Assembly: GCA_051530055.1 (NCBI GenBank)
Contig: CM121343.1
Span: forward strand, 4,310,389-4,343,388
Source of the DNA: Neoechinorhynchus agilis
Taxonomy: Eukaryota > Animalia > Acanthocephala
DNA: 33,000 nucleotides
Direction of reading: 5' to 3'
A program made the translations under genes and the position numbers. The notes under the pieces were generated by a model that was given only the letters and a program-made list of their open reading frames with translations, was not told where the DNA came from and searched no databases. Position 1 is the stretch's first letter. Every line of letters starts with the position of its first letter. Below are positions 11,805 through 23,494 of the stretch, piece after piece.

Positions 11805-14800
11805 ATGCCATCTTTACACATCAACTTATATGCCGTCGAAATGGTAGCGCTGGCGCTAGTTACAATAACCACAGAGAGTGTTCCGAGTGTTGAAGTTGCG
11901 TTCGAGGTTGATCCAAGCACAACATGCGAACGCTCAGGACTTCATATAGCTCAATTACATGGTTGTAAATACAAAGGACAGGTCGGCTCCTTAAAGAGAG
12001 ATTGTCTAATGGATTGCTCAAAGCATCACGCGAACTTGACCTCAAAAAGGAAGTCCGGGGGTCGATATAGAAGGGATCTACGCGTAATCTGGTTCCAGGA
12101 GCAAATCCCTCACAAGCGCGTGAAGCGTGACTTTTTATACGATTCAATTCAACCGCCAAAATCAAATGAGATTTTTACCGACAAATACTGGAAAAATATG
12201 TGGTACCTGGTGAGTTTATTGGTCTTTTTTTGGTACGGTCTCTTCGTCAACTAGTGAACATTAGAACCGCAATCAACAATATCACAATCAGCCGGATCAT
12301 AATGTCACAGTAGTTTGGCAAATGGGATACACGGGTAAGGGTGTCGTGATTACATTTTTGGATGACGGACTCGAATATGATCACCCGGACTTGCGTGCCA
12401 ATTACGTGAGTATCCTTGAACCGTTTTGATTATAGTCCATTTTGTTTTATTTGTGTGTGTTTGTATATGTGTGTAAAGGATCCATTAGCCAGTATTGATG
12501 TTAACAGTGACGACGCTGATCCAAGCCCGAGATACGACGCCGAGAACAACAATAGGTTCATACCTTTTTAGCACTTGGAAAACTTAACGTTTACTCTCTT
12601 AGACATGGAACAAGATGTGCTGGCGAGGTTGCAGCCGTTGCGAACAACAGTCTCTGCATCGTTGGAGTTGCGTATGATGCCAAGATTGGTGGAATACGGA
12701 TGTTAGACGGAGATGTATCAGACAGCGTCGAAGCCAAATCTTTATCGCATAGACCTGATCATGTCCACATTTATTCTGCAAGTTGGGGCCCGGATGATGA
12801 TGGCAAATCGGTCGACGGTCCTGGTAAACTTGCGAAGGATGCCTTTAAAACCGGGGCACGTGAGGTTTGTTACTTGTGCGCCGCGAACCATATCAGCGAC
12901 CAGCGTGGTTAGGGTCGTAATGGCAAAGGGTCCATATTTGTGTGGGCGTCCGGAAATGGGGGAAAGGACGGCGACTCATGTGCATGCGATGGATACGTGA
13001 ATAGCATCTACACGTTTGCAATCAGTGCGACAACCGAAGTAGGAGATAAGCCTTGGTACCAGGAGGAATGTGCAGGAACACTAGCTACGACCTATAGCAG
13101 TGGAGATAATGCTCGCCATGACCGAGCAGTTGTGACAACGGATCTTCTTCATAGTTGTACACATCATCATACAGGCACTTCAGCATCCGCTCCTTTAGCT
13201 GCCGCATTCATCGCGTTGGTGCTTGAAGCGAGGTGAGACAGTAAAGTGATCATTTATATAACCATTCTGCCAATGAAGGCCCGATCTTACATGGAGGGAT
13301 GTAATGTACATCTGTGTGCTCGGTTCCAGACCAGAAGCCATAGACGGCAATACCGATTATGTAACTAATAAAGCTGGATTTAAAGCCAGCACCAAATATG
13401 GCTTCGGACTTATGGATGCCGGTCTTATGGTTCATCTTGCTCTTGGGTGGTCATTAGTCGCCCCCATGATCTCATGTCAATCGAATCGATACAATGTACC
13501 AAAACGTGTCTTGGGACTTCAAATCTACTCGTCTACTGTATTCTTTGGAAACTGCTACTCGGATCATGCAAAGTTGGACTATATCGAGCAGGTACATGTC
13601 GTCGTATCAGTGCGATCCGATCTACGAGGCAGTCTAGAACTGTATATAATCTCTCCCATGGGTACCCGTTCAAAAATATTGCCAGTGAGTAGTGTATCTT
13701 TGAAATTCTCCATTATTGACGGTGGCTGCACACGCGCAGAGTAGAAAAAACGACCGGAGACCTGGTGATTTCACTGCATGGCCTCTATTGAGTCTTCAGT
13801 TCTGGGGAGAGTATCCTGTCGGCGAATGGACCCTCGAATTGGTGAACACTGACATTCATTCAAGTATGATGATCGCTAAGTTGCTCATCCATCGTAACCG
13901 TGCTTTTATGTTTAGGTGAGCTGCATAGCTGGTACCTGATTGTGTACGGCACAAAAAGCAACGCATCGCGTCTTCAGCCACGATCTCCTTCTTCAGTAAG
14001 CCAAGACCAGCTTCCATCCCAAAATGCAGCTTTTAGAATCCAATATCGCATCCACCATGCTACTTTTGCGATGTTTATCCTCCTGCTCCTCCTGCTCCTC
14101 CTTCTCCTGCTCCTACTGATGATGATGATGACGATGATGATGAATTCCACTACCGCTGATTCACATCCAAACTAAACCCTGATCTGTACTGTTCCACGTT
14201 TCCTCTACCGTCAGTGTCTCTACAAGAGAAGGATTCGAAGTGTGCGTGGTTGTACAAAGTCGTGTCAACTTTGCAACATTTGTATTTTACAATCAATCTC
14301 AACACACGCTCAGAATAACAAAAAATAAATAATAATGTATATTTTTTAGAGAAAAAAAGTTCCCCCTCCCATGCATGATTCTCACTTGTGTCGTCCATAC
14401 CCGCTACCCTGCTAAAAAAGTTTAAATTTTCTAATTTTTTTCACAGCTATTGACTTGTTAAGTGTAACATTTATTGCGACGATAGGGCCAGACCCTGCGG
14501 GCCAGACTCTTCGCATTGTTCATTGTGTAGGCACGCGGAGTATCGCAATGAAAACGGACAAAAGTAAACGTTTTCTCAATTGTTGTAAAAAGCATTTTTT
14601 GCCGTTAGGGTTTGCCTGGCGAAATGTCCGGTTGGATACTACGTTGAAAGAGATAAACGATGTCTCCGATGCCATCCGTCGTGCCAATCTTGTGTTGGAC
14701 CTAGAGCATCCAACTGTACAAGTTGTGTGGATAACCTTCTCTTGGTTGTGGACAAATTCGAGTGCAGAAAACGATGCCCAAGAGCATATCTTTCAAGTCG

Positions 14801-15622
14801 GTTTTTAGTCTTCGAGACGGTCGATAATATTAGTCCACTGTCAGATCTCGATATGCGAAAGTGCATAAAATGCGCCAATGGATGCAGAGCGTGCCACAAA
14901 TACACGACTATATGCATGGGTTGCTTGGCCGGATATACGATTACGCCTAAAAAATCATGTGTAATCAAACAAAACTGTTCAGGACTCCATGAGTATTTCG
15001 ATCCAATTGAACAAAAGTAAGCTCGTTGAAAAGCATAAATTAGAAAAATGAAACCCATAATGTCAAGCTAGATGCAAGAACTGTAACGCTCACTGTCGAA
15101 CGTGCAATGGCCCATCGGCGCTCAGCTGTACTTCATGCAATGTCCACAGTCCCCGAAAATATTTCCAAGAAGGAGATTGCGTCAATTCGTGCCATGTCGG
15201 ATTCTACAAGAAAACAAAATACGTGTGCGAAAGATGCCGGCACGATTGCCTTCTATGCCATTCCCCTTATCGGGTGAATCGATTTTAACTGGAAGATCAC
15301 TCAGAAAATCGATTGTGCCATTATTCATGTCTCATCTGTAAAGAAGGCTTTAAAAGTTGCCAGGCCGATCAATGTAATACCTAAATCGATTTATGCTCCA
15401 TTTTTTTATTTCGATTTAGGCTGCCCACTAAAATATTCGGCACTATTTCAAAAAAAACCTAAAGCTTTCTATTATGCACTACAAGCAGCAGCAACTATGC
15501 TTATTTGCACTTTAGCGGTGGTTATTTGCTCTTTCATACAACTAAAACGATTAGCCAGGGAAAAAATCAAAAGGAATCACAAGAACCCAACCAAAGAAAG
15601 ATTGCTCAATACAATCAACTAA
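11805..15622 (+). CDS. Furin/PCSK5-like subtilisin-like proprotein convertase with P domain, cysteine-rich region and transmembrane segment
   Basis: Prodomain cleavage site KRVKR|DF; catalytic LDDG, HGTRCAG, WASGNGG, GTSASAP; P domain ending WTLEL...SWYLIVYGT; multiple CxxCxxxC furin-like repeats; [22 protein letters not shown]; TAA at 15620-15622. GT-AG introns at 12210-12264, 12406-12478, 12556-12602, 12865-12912, 13233-13278, 13685-13739, 13864-13915, 14564-14608 and 15017-15071. Junctions near 14450 and 15280-15370 are uncertain. Confidence 0.95.
14077..14143 (+). repeat. (CTC/CTG)n-(ATG)n triplet microsatellite, in frame with the furin P-domain exon if the 13996 donor is not used
   Basis: Reads [22 protein letters not shown], followed by [13 protein letters not shown] (14175). 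Confidence 0.9.
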
Positions 15623-18600
15623 TAAGCCAATAAATTCGTCTCTTTCCCAGTCATTATTTCGCTATTTGGAGAGAAACTCTTCCGAATGTAAGGCATTTTA
15701 ATATTTAAAAATCATTAGATTCTTAGTTCGATTTGTTTTCATTGCTCAAATTGGCTACTGATAGAATCAATTCGTAAATAAACGCGATTATTCCAGCCAT
15801 TTTCACCGCTTCGAGAGAACTCTTCTCGACGCAAAATATTTAAAAATCAGACGATTTTTAGTCCGATTTGCTTCTGTTGCTCAAATTGGCTACTGATAGA
15901 ATCAATTCGTTAATAAATGCGATTCTTTTCAAGTCAATTTCACCGCTTCGAGAGAACCCTTCTCGACGTAAAATATTTAAAAATCAGTCGATTCTTAGTT
16001 CGATTTGCTTCTGTTGCTCAAATTGGCTACTGATAGAATCAATTCGTAAAAAATGCGATTCTGTTAAAGTCAATTTCACCGCTTCGAGAGAACTCTTCTC
16101 GACGCAAAATATTTAAAAATCAGTCGATTTTTAGTCCGATTTGCTTCTGTTGCTCAAATTGGCTACTGATAGAATCAATTCGTTAATAAATGCGATTCTT
16201 TTCAAGTCAATTTCACCGCTTCGAGAGAACTCTTCTCGACGTAAAATATTTAAAAATCAGTCGATTCTTAGTTCGATTTGCTTCTGTTGCTCAAATTGGC
16301 TACTGATAGAATCAATTCGTAAAAAATGCGATTCTGTTAAAGTCAATTTCACCGCTTCGAGAGAACTCTTCTCGACGAAAAATATTTAAAAATCAGTCGA
16401 TTTTTAGTCCGATTTGCTTCTGTTGCTCAAATTGGCTACTGATAGAATCAATTCGTTAATAAATGCGATTCTTTTCAAGTCAATTTCACCGCTTCGAGAG
16501 AACTCTTCTCGACGTAAAATATTTAAAAATCAGTCGATTCTTAGTACGATTTGCTTCCGTTCCTCAAATTGGCTACTGATAGAATCAATTCGTAAATGCG
16601 ATTCTTTTCAAGTCAATTTCACCGTTTCGAAAGAACTCTTCCCGACGTAAACCATTTAAAAATCAGTTGATTCTCAATTCTATTTGCTTATGCTGCTCAA
16701 ATTGGCTGCTGATAGAATCAATTCGTAAATAAATGCTATTCTTTTCCAGCCATTTTCACCGTTTCGAGAGAACTCTTCCCGACGTAGAATATTTAAAAAT
16801 CAGTCGATTCTTAGTCCGATTTGCTTCTGTTGCTCAAATCGGCTACTGATAGAATCAATTCGTGAATAAACGCGATTCTTTTCCAGCCATTTTCACCGTT
16901 TCGAGAGAACTCTTCCCGACGTAAAATATTTAAAAATCAGTCGATTCTTAGTACGATTTGCTTTTGTTGCTCAAATTGGCTACTGATAGAATCAATTCGT
17001 AAATAAATGCGATTCTTTTCCAGCCATTTTCACCGTTTCGAGAGAACTCTTCCCGACATAAAATATTTAAAAATCAGTTGATTCTTAGTTCGATTTGCTT
17101 CTGTTGCTCAAATTGGCTACTGATAGAATCAATTCGTAAATGCGATTCTTTTCAAGTCAATTTCACCGTTTCGAGAGAACTCTTCCCGACGTAAAATATT
17201 TAAAAATCAGTTGATTCTCAATTCTATTTGCTTATGCTGCTCAAATTGGCTACTGATAGAATCAATTCGTAAATGCGATTCTTTTCAAGTCAATTTCACC
17301 GTTTCGAAAGAACTCTTCCCGACGTAAAATATTTAAAAATCAGTTGATTCTCAATTCTATTTGCTTATGCTGCTCAAATTGGCTACTGATAGAATCAATT
17401 CGTAAATAAATGCGATTCTTTTCCAGCCATTTTCATCGTTTCGAGAGAACTCGTCCCGACGTAAAATATTTAAAAATCAGTTGATTCTTAGTTCGATTTG
17501 CTTCTGTTGCTCAAATTGGCTACTGATAGAATCAATTCGTAAATGCGATTCTTTTCCAGTAATTTTCACCGTTTCGAGAGAACTCTTCCCGACGTAAAAT
17601 ATTTAAAAATCAGTTGATTCTTAGTTCGATTTGCTTCTGTTGCTCAAATTGGCTACTGATAGAATCAATTCGTAAAAAAATGCGATTCTTTTCAAGTCAA
17701 TTTCACCGTTTCGAGAGAATCTTCCCGACGTAAAATATTTAAAAATCAGTTGATTCTTAGTTCGATTTGCTTCTGTTGCTCAAATTGGCTACTGATAGAA
17801 TCAATTCGTAAATGCGATTCTTTTCCAGCCATTTTCATCGTTTCGAGAGAACTCGTCCCGATGTAAAATATTTAAAAATCAGTTGATTCTTAGTTCGATT
17901 TGCTTTTGTTGCTCAAATTGGCTACTGATAGAATCAATTCGTAAATAAACGCGATTCTTTTCCAGTCATTTTCACCGTTTCGAGAGAACTCTTCCCGACG
18001 TAAAATATTTAAAAATCAGTTGATTCTTAGTTCGATTTGCTTCTGTTGCTCAAATTGGCTACTGATAGAATCAATTCGTAAATGCGATTCTTTTCAAGTC
18101 AATTTCACCGCTTCGAGAGAACTCTTCTCGACGTAAAATATTTAAAAACAGTTGATTCTTAGTTCGATTTGCTTCTGTTGCTCAAATTGGCTACTGATAG
18201 AATCAATTCGTAAATAAATGCGATTCTGTTAAAGTCAATTTCACCGTTTCGAGAGAACTCTTCCCGACGTAAAATATTTAAAAATCAGTTGATTCTCAGT
18301 TCGATTTGCTTCTGTTGCTCAAATTGGCTACTGATAGAATCAATTCGTAAATAAATGCGATTCTTTTCCAGCCATTTTCACCGTTTCGAGAGAACTCTTC
18401 CCGACGTAAAATATTTAAAAATCAGTTGATTCTTAGTTCGATTTGCTTCTGTTGCTCAAATTGGCTACTGATAGAATCAATTCGTAAATAAATGCGATTC
18501 TTTTCAAGTCATTTTCACCGTTTCGAGAGAACTCTTCCCGACGTAAAATATTTAAAAATCAGTTGATTCTCAATTCTATTTGCTTATGCTGCTCAAATTG

Positions 18601-19270
18601 GCTACTGATAGAATCAATTCGTAAATAAATGCGATTCTTTTCCAGCCATTTTCACCGTTTCGAGAGAACTCTTCCCGACGTAAAATATTTAAAAATCAGT
18701 TGATTCTTAGTTCGATTTGCTTCTGTAGCTCAAATTGGCTACTGATAGAATCAATTCGTAAATGCGATTCTTTTCCAGCCATTTTCACCGTTTCGAGAGA
18801 ACTCTTCCCGACGTAAAATATTTAAAAATCAGTTGATTCTTAGTTCGATTTGCTTCTGTTGCTCAAATTGGCTACTGATAGAATCAATTCGTAAATAAAT
18901 GCGATTCTTTTCCAGCCATTTTCACCGTTTCGAGAGAACTCTTCCCGACATAAAATATTTAAAAATCAGTTGATTCTTAGTTCGATTTGCTTCTGTTGCC
19001 CAAATTGGCTACTGATAGAATCAATTCGTAAATAAATGTGATTCTTTTCAAGTAAATTTCACCGTTTCGAGAGAACTCTTCCCGACGTAAAATATTTAAA
19101 AATCAGTTGATTCTTAGTTCGATTTGCTTCTGTTGCCCAAATTAGCTACTGATAGAATCGATTCACAAATAAACGCGAATCTTTTCCAGTCATTTTCACC
19201 TTTTCGTAATTTCTCTTCCTGACGTAAAACATTTTGATTTTAAAAAATCAAAATATTCTAAGTTCTATTT
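15601..19270. repeat. ~136-bp satellite, ~27 monomers, with a 273-bp dimeric higher-order repeat at the 5' end
   Basis: Monomer TTGCTCAAATTGGCTACTGATAGAATCAATTCGTAAATAAATGCGATTCTTTTCCAGCCATTTTCACCGTTTCGAGAGAACTCTTCCCGACGTAAAATATTTAAAAATCAGTTGATTCTTAGTTCGATTTGCTTCTG. Starts at 15864, 16001, 16137, 16274 and 16410 give alternating 137/136 spacing. Confidence 0.97.
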
Positions 19271-19549
19271 GAATGAAGTGATTTCATCCTCCCAGTGCTC
19301 GTTCGTTTGTATCGGGTACTTGATTAAATTAAATTATGTGCAACGCTTTGAAACTGAGCAAACGACGTTGGTCGGATCGTTTTTTCACTTCGTTTAGCTT
19401 GTGATTGTTCGTTCTACCGGAAAGATTTTCTCTTGATTATTCGCACTTGCCAAATTGCTTGAAAAACCCATTGAATTCAAGTGTTTAATTTGGAGTTTTG
19501 CTTCTAGAAAATCGATCTACTTCAGGTTCTATTATTGCAATACTAAGAA

Positions 19550-21556
19550 ATGAGTCCTCTAGAATTGTTAACCTCCGCTTGGCACATAATTGTATCGTGG
19601 TGGCGTTGGATTTGTACAATCATTTCTACAATTCCCAGAGATGTTGAAGGTTTATATATTCTCATTGGCGTTAGCCGACGGTTGGAGTACTTTGCGGAAA
19701 AACAAATATTTGTTTCGGATATTGTTCGTAACAGAGCCAAGGCGGATCCCGACAAAGTATGCTTCCTATTTAATCACGAAACCTGGACATTTAAGGACGT
19801 GGATCGTTATGCAAATCGCGTTGCCAATTACTTTCGATCAAAGTTAAAACCGAATGATGTTGTTGGACTTTTACTCGATAATTGTCCTCAGTATCCCTGT
19901 ATTTGGCTCGGTTTGTCCCGCTTAGGCGTGGTCACCGCACTTTTGAACACGAAAATCAAGAAGGATCAATATGCTCATTGTTTGCGTACTTGCAAGTGTT
20001 CTTGTTTGATACTAGGTTCCAACTATATTGACCTGATTTCACCAATTCAATCGATATTCGAATGCCCATTTTATATTCTTAACTTGGGAGACAAAGATCG
20101 AACAACTGGAGCGTTAGATGCTGCAATCGACACCGGATTCTCTTTTATATTATTAAACCACTTTCAGGATACAGGTGACGATGAAGTTCAGGACGTAGAA
20201 GTAACTCAAAGGAATTTAATTTTATTAATCTTCACATCCGGCACCACTGGACTGCCAAAGGCTGCTCGTATCAGTCATAGTCGATTCATGTTAGGTGCAG
20301 TTGGATGTTTTTATGGACAAAAGCTTAACAAAACTGATGTTATATACAATACCCTTCCTCTCTATCATGCGCTCGGTGGATGGATCTGTATAGGTTACGC
20401 ATTAGTCCTTGGCGCCCGTGTGGTGATTAGAACTAAATTTTCCGCTAGAAACTTTTGGCGAGATTGCGTTATATACCAATGCACAGCTTTCATTTACATT
20501 GGGGAATTGTGCGGGTATATCTTGGCCACAAAATATAGTCCATACGAAGAACTCCACACGCTGAGAATTGCTGTTGGAAATGGAATGAGAAAAAGCGCTT
20601 GGGAAGATTTCATTAGAAGATTTAAAATTCCACTAATAGTTGAATTCTACGCCGCAACTGAAAGCAACGGTTACACTTTTAACTTCCGTGGTAACCCGAT
20701 CGGTTCGTGTGGATTTAATTCCATGATTTTGCCTCATTTTCTCCCCTTGGTGCTTGTTAAATGTGATGAAAACACTGGCGATCCTGTCCGCAATACTGAA
20801 TCTGGGTTCTGTATAAAGTGTCATCCCAACCAAGACGGATTGCTTTTAAGTCAAATTACGAACGATCCTAAACTCCGATTTGACGGTTAGCACTGCTTGA
20901 ACGACTGATGATCTTTTTATGGATGTATTGTTTTCGGAAACGAGGCAATAAATTGGTCATCGACCATTTTTAATTTGAGAAACCCTTGATAATCAATCGT
21001 TCATGATTACAAATCGAAGGCGGATACATCTAGAAAGATAGTTACAAACGTTTTCAAATCGAATGATAAGTTCTTTAATTCAGGAGACCTTTTTACACAG
21101 GATGAAAGGGGAAACTTCTATTACAAAGATCGACTTGGAGATACATTCAGGTGGTGCGGAGAAAATGTCAGTACATTTGAAGTGGAAACCATACTTGGCA
21201 TGCATTTTCCTGAATCGCAGATTGTTATATACGGTGTGAAGCTGAATGGATATGAAGGCAGAGCTTGTATGGCAGCTATATCGGGTTCCGTCGATATTAT
21301 TAAGTTTGCTCGCTGTGCAATTGACAACCTCCCTTGGTTCGCTGTTCCCGTATTCGTTCGATTCTGTTCTCAGATTGAAATGACGGGAACATTTAAGTTT
21401 TGCAAATATACGTTAAGGCAGGAAGGACTCAGTGTATTAAAGCAAGAATTCAACCACGCCTATCAAATCTTTTATAAACCAAAAAGTAGTGACCGATATG
21501 AACCACTAAATTATTACATTCTTCAGGACATCGAAAATAAAAAGATAAACATTTAA
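19550..21556 (+). CDS. Long-chain fatty acid transport protein / very-long-chain acyl-CoA synthetase (FATP, SLC27 family)
   Basis: AMP-binding motif IFTSGTTGLPKAA, YNTLPLYH, EFYAATE, and the FATP signature SGDLF...DRLGDTFRWCGENVSTFEVE; C-terminal TGTFKF. The two coding blocks (19550-20887 and 21008-21556) are in the same frame, separated by 120 nt containing stops. Confidence 0.93.
20886..21007 (+). other. 120-nt structured interruption of FATP (non-canonical intron or MITE insertion)
   Basis: No AG acceptor restores the frame near the junction. TTA is repeated at both ends, and there is a subterminal inverted repeat CTTGAACGACTGATGATC / GATAATCAATCGTTCATG. Confidence 0.75.
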
Positions 21557-23370
21557 CATACGTAATTTAAAGCGGGATTATTTATCTTACACCTCAAACA
21601 TTCATCGTCATTATTAATTTAATTCTGCGAATATAACAACTGATGTTCAGATGACCAAAGTAATTCAATATATTAGAATTTGCTCAAATAATGACTTTAG
21701 AAATTAGAACATACGTGTATAAATGAAAAAAAAATTATTGGCTGTCGATAATTATCCACCCTTTTAGGTTGTTATTCTCATCTCTATTAGTTTACCGATT
21801 TGGGTCCTTAAATGACACCAATTCGGTAGGTTTTTCTGACCTGGCCAACTGATTAGTGTTTTCTAATTTTGTAAAAAGATAAAAGAATAATACCATTCAG
21901 TTTTCGAGAATCAATAAGATAAGAATATCCAGTTTTTTGAAAGTTAAAATTGATTTTTTTGTCTTTTTTATAGATGTACAAAAATTGTTAATAGAGTATT
22001 TTATCGATGTGTGGCCTATTATGACACGGTTGCCCGTGATCCCGATTAAGGGTCTAGTGGTTCGAACCCGTTACCACCAATGACGCACAACCAAAGGGGC
22101 GAAATACCGCTGAAGGAAGGAAACTCACTGATGAGTCCCGTCTCCCAGGGAGGTATCTGAGAATCCAGAGGGATGTACGAACTCGTACCGGATAGTTCAG
22201 TGCTTTGAGTAATTGAATTACTACTCTGAACCAGGTTGGTGAGCTGTGTGCTCAAAAATTAACAGCAGTTTCATAATAGGCCACACATCGATATAAATTA
22301 TTGGCTGGCCAATCTTCATAAAAAATCCTAATTCAATGGCCTTGAATTAATAAAATATAAAATTGGCTAAGTTTGTACATTCCGAAGTTGTGTCGAGATG
22401 GTAAGTGAACTAATGCCCGTGATCCCGATTAAGGGTCTAGTGTTTCAAATCCGTTACCGCCAATGACGCACAACCAAAAGGGGCGAAATACCGCCGAAGG
22501 GAGGAAACTCACTGATGAGTCCCGTCTCCTGGAGGTATCTGAGAATCCAGAGGGATATACAAACTCGTACCGGATAGTTCAGTGCTTTGAGTAAGCCCAA
22601 ATTAACAGCGTTCATAATAGGCCCACTCGATATAAATTATTGCTGGCCAACTATAAAAATCCTAATTCAATGGCCTTGAATTAATAAAATATAAAATTGG
22701 CTAAGTTTGTACATTCCGTAGTTGTGTCGAGATGGTAAGTGAACTAATGCCCGTGATCCCGATTAAGGGTCAGTGGTTCGAATCCGTTACCACCAATGAC
22801 GCACAACCAAAAGGGACGAATACCGCCGAAGGAGGAAACTCACTGATGAGTCCCGTCTCCTGGTATCTGAGAATCCAGAGGGATATACAAACTCGTACCG
22901 GATAGTTCAGTGCTTTGAGTAAGCCCAAATTTTAACAGCCGTTCATAATAGGCCACACGTCGATATAAATTATTGGCTGGCCAATCTTCATAAAAATCCT
23001 AATTCAATGGCCTTGAATTAATAAAATATAAAATTGGCTAAGTTTGTACATTCCGTAATTGTGTCGAGATGGTAAGTGAACTAATGCCCGTGATCCCGAT
23101 TAAGGGTCTAGTGGTTCGAATCCGTTACCACCAATGACGCACAACCAAAAGGGGCGAAATACCGCCGAAGGGAGGAAACTCACTGATGAGTCCCGTCTCC
23201 TGGAGGTATCTGAGAATCCAGAGGGATATACAAACTCGTACCGGATAGTTCAGTGCTTTGAGTAAGCCCAAATTTTAACAGCAGTTTCATAATAGGCCGC
23301 ACGTCGATATAAATTATTGGCTGGCCAATCTTCATAAAAATCCTAATTCAATGGCCTTGAATTAATAAAA

Positions 23371-23467
23371 TATAAAATTGGCTAAGTTTGTACATTCCGT
23401 AGTTGTGTCGAGATGGTAAGTGAACTAATGCCCGTGATCCCGATTAAGGGTCTAGTGGTTCGAATCC
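23371..23467 (+). promoter_or_regulatory. Pol III promoter module: TATAAAA at -28, tRNA-Ser-like A box and perfect B box (repeated in each monomer)
   Basis: TATAAAA at 23371-23377; head GTAGTTGTGTCGAGATGGTAAG from 23399, compared with tRNA-Ser GTAGTCGTGGCCGAGTGGTTAAG; GGTTCGAATCC at 23457-23467; TTTT at 23617-23620 downstream. Confidence 0.7.
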
Positions 23468-23494
23468 GTTACCACCAATGACGCACAACCAAAA

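Noticed and set aside
15868-16650. Three near-identical 78-82-aa ORFs
   Set aside because: They are by-products of the 273-bp (91-codon) satellite period, start at TTG and have no protein-family features.
20890-21005. FATP insert as a hammerhead (CTGATGA...GAAA), C/D snoRNA or U12 intron
   Set aside because: Stems I and II cannot form around the core, there is no CTGA D box near the 3' end, and there is no RTATCCTT U12 donor.
21793-21828. Isolated ~15-bp hairpin TACCGATTTGGGTC-CTTAAAT-GACACCAATTCGGTA
   Set aside because: Single occurrence in the window with no Helitron CTRR end or other supporting context.
22046-22255. 69-aa minus-strand ORF over array copy 1, and ORF 8906-9088
   Set aside because: Antisense to a structured non-coding repeat and not preserved in the other copies.
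22384-22465. Functional tRNA-Ser or tRNA-Sec genes in the array
   Set aside because: The acceptor and anticodon stems do not form a cloverleaf; only promoter boxes and arm remnants persist, so the head is treated as tRNA-derived.
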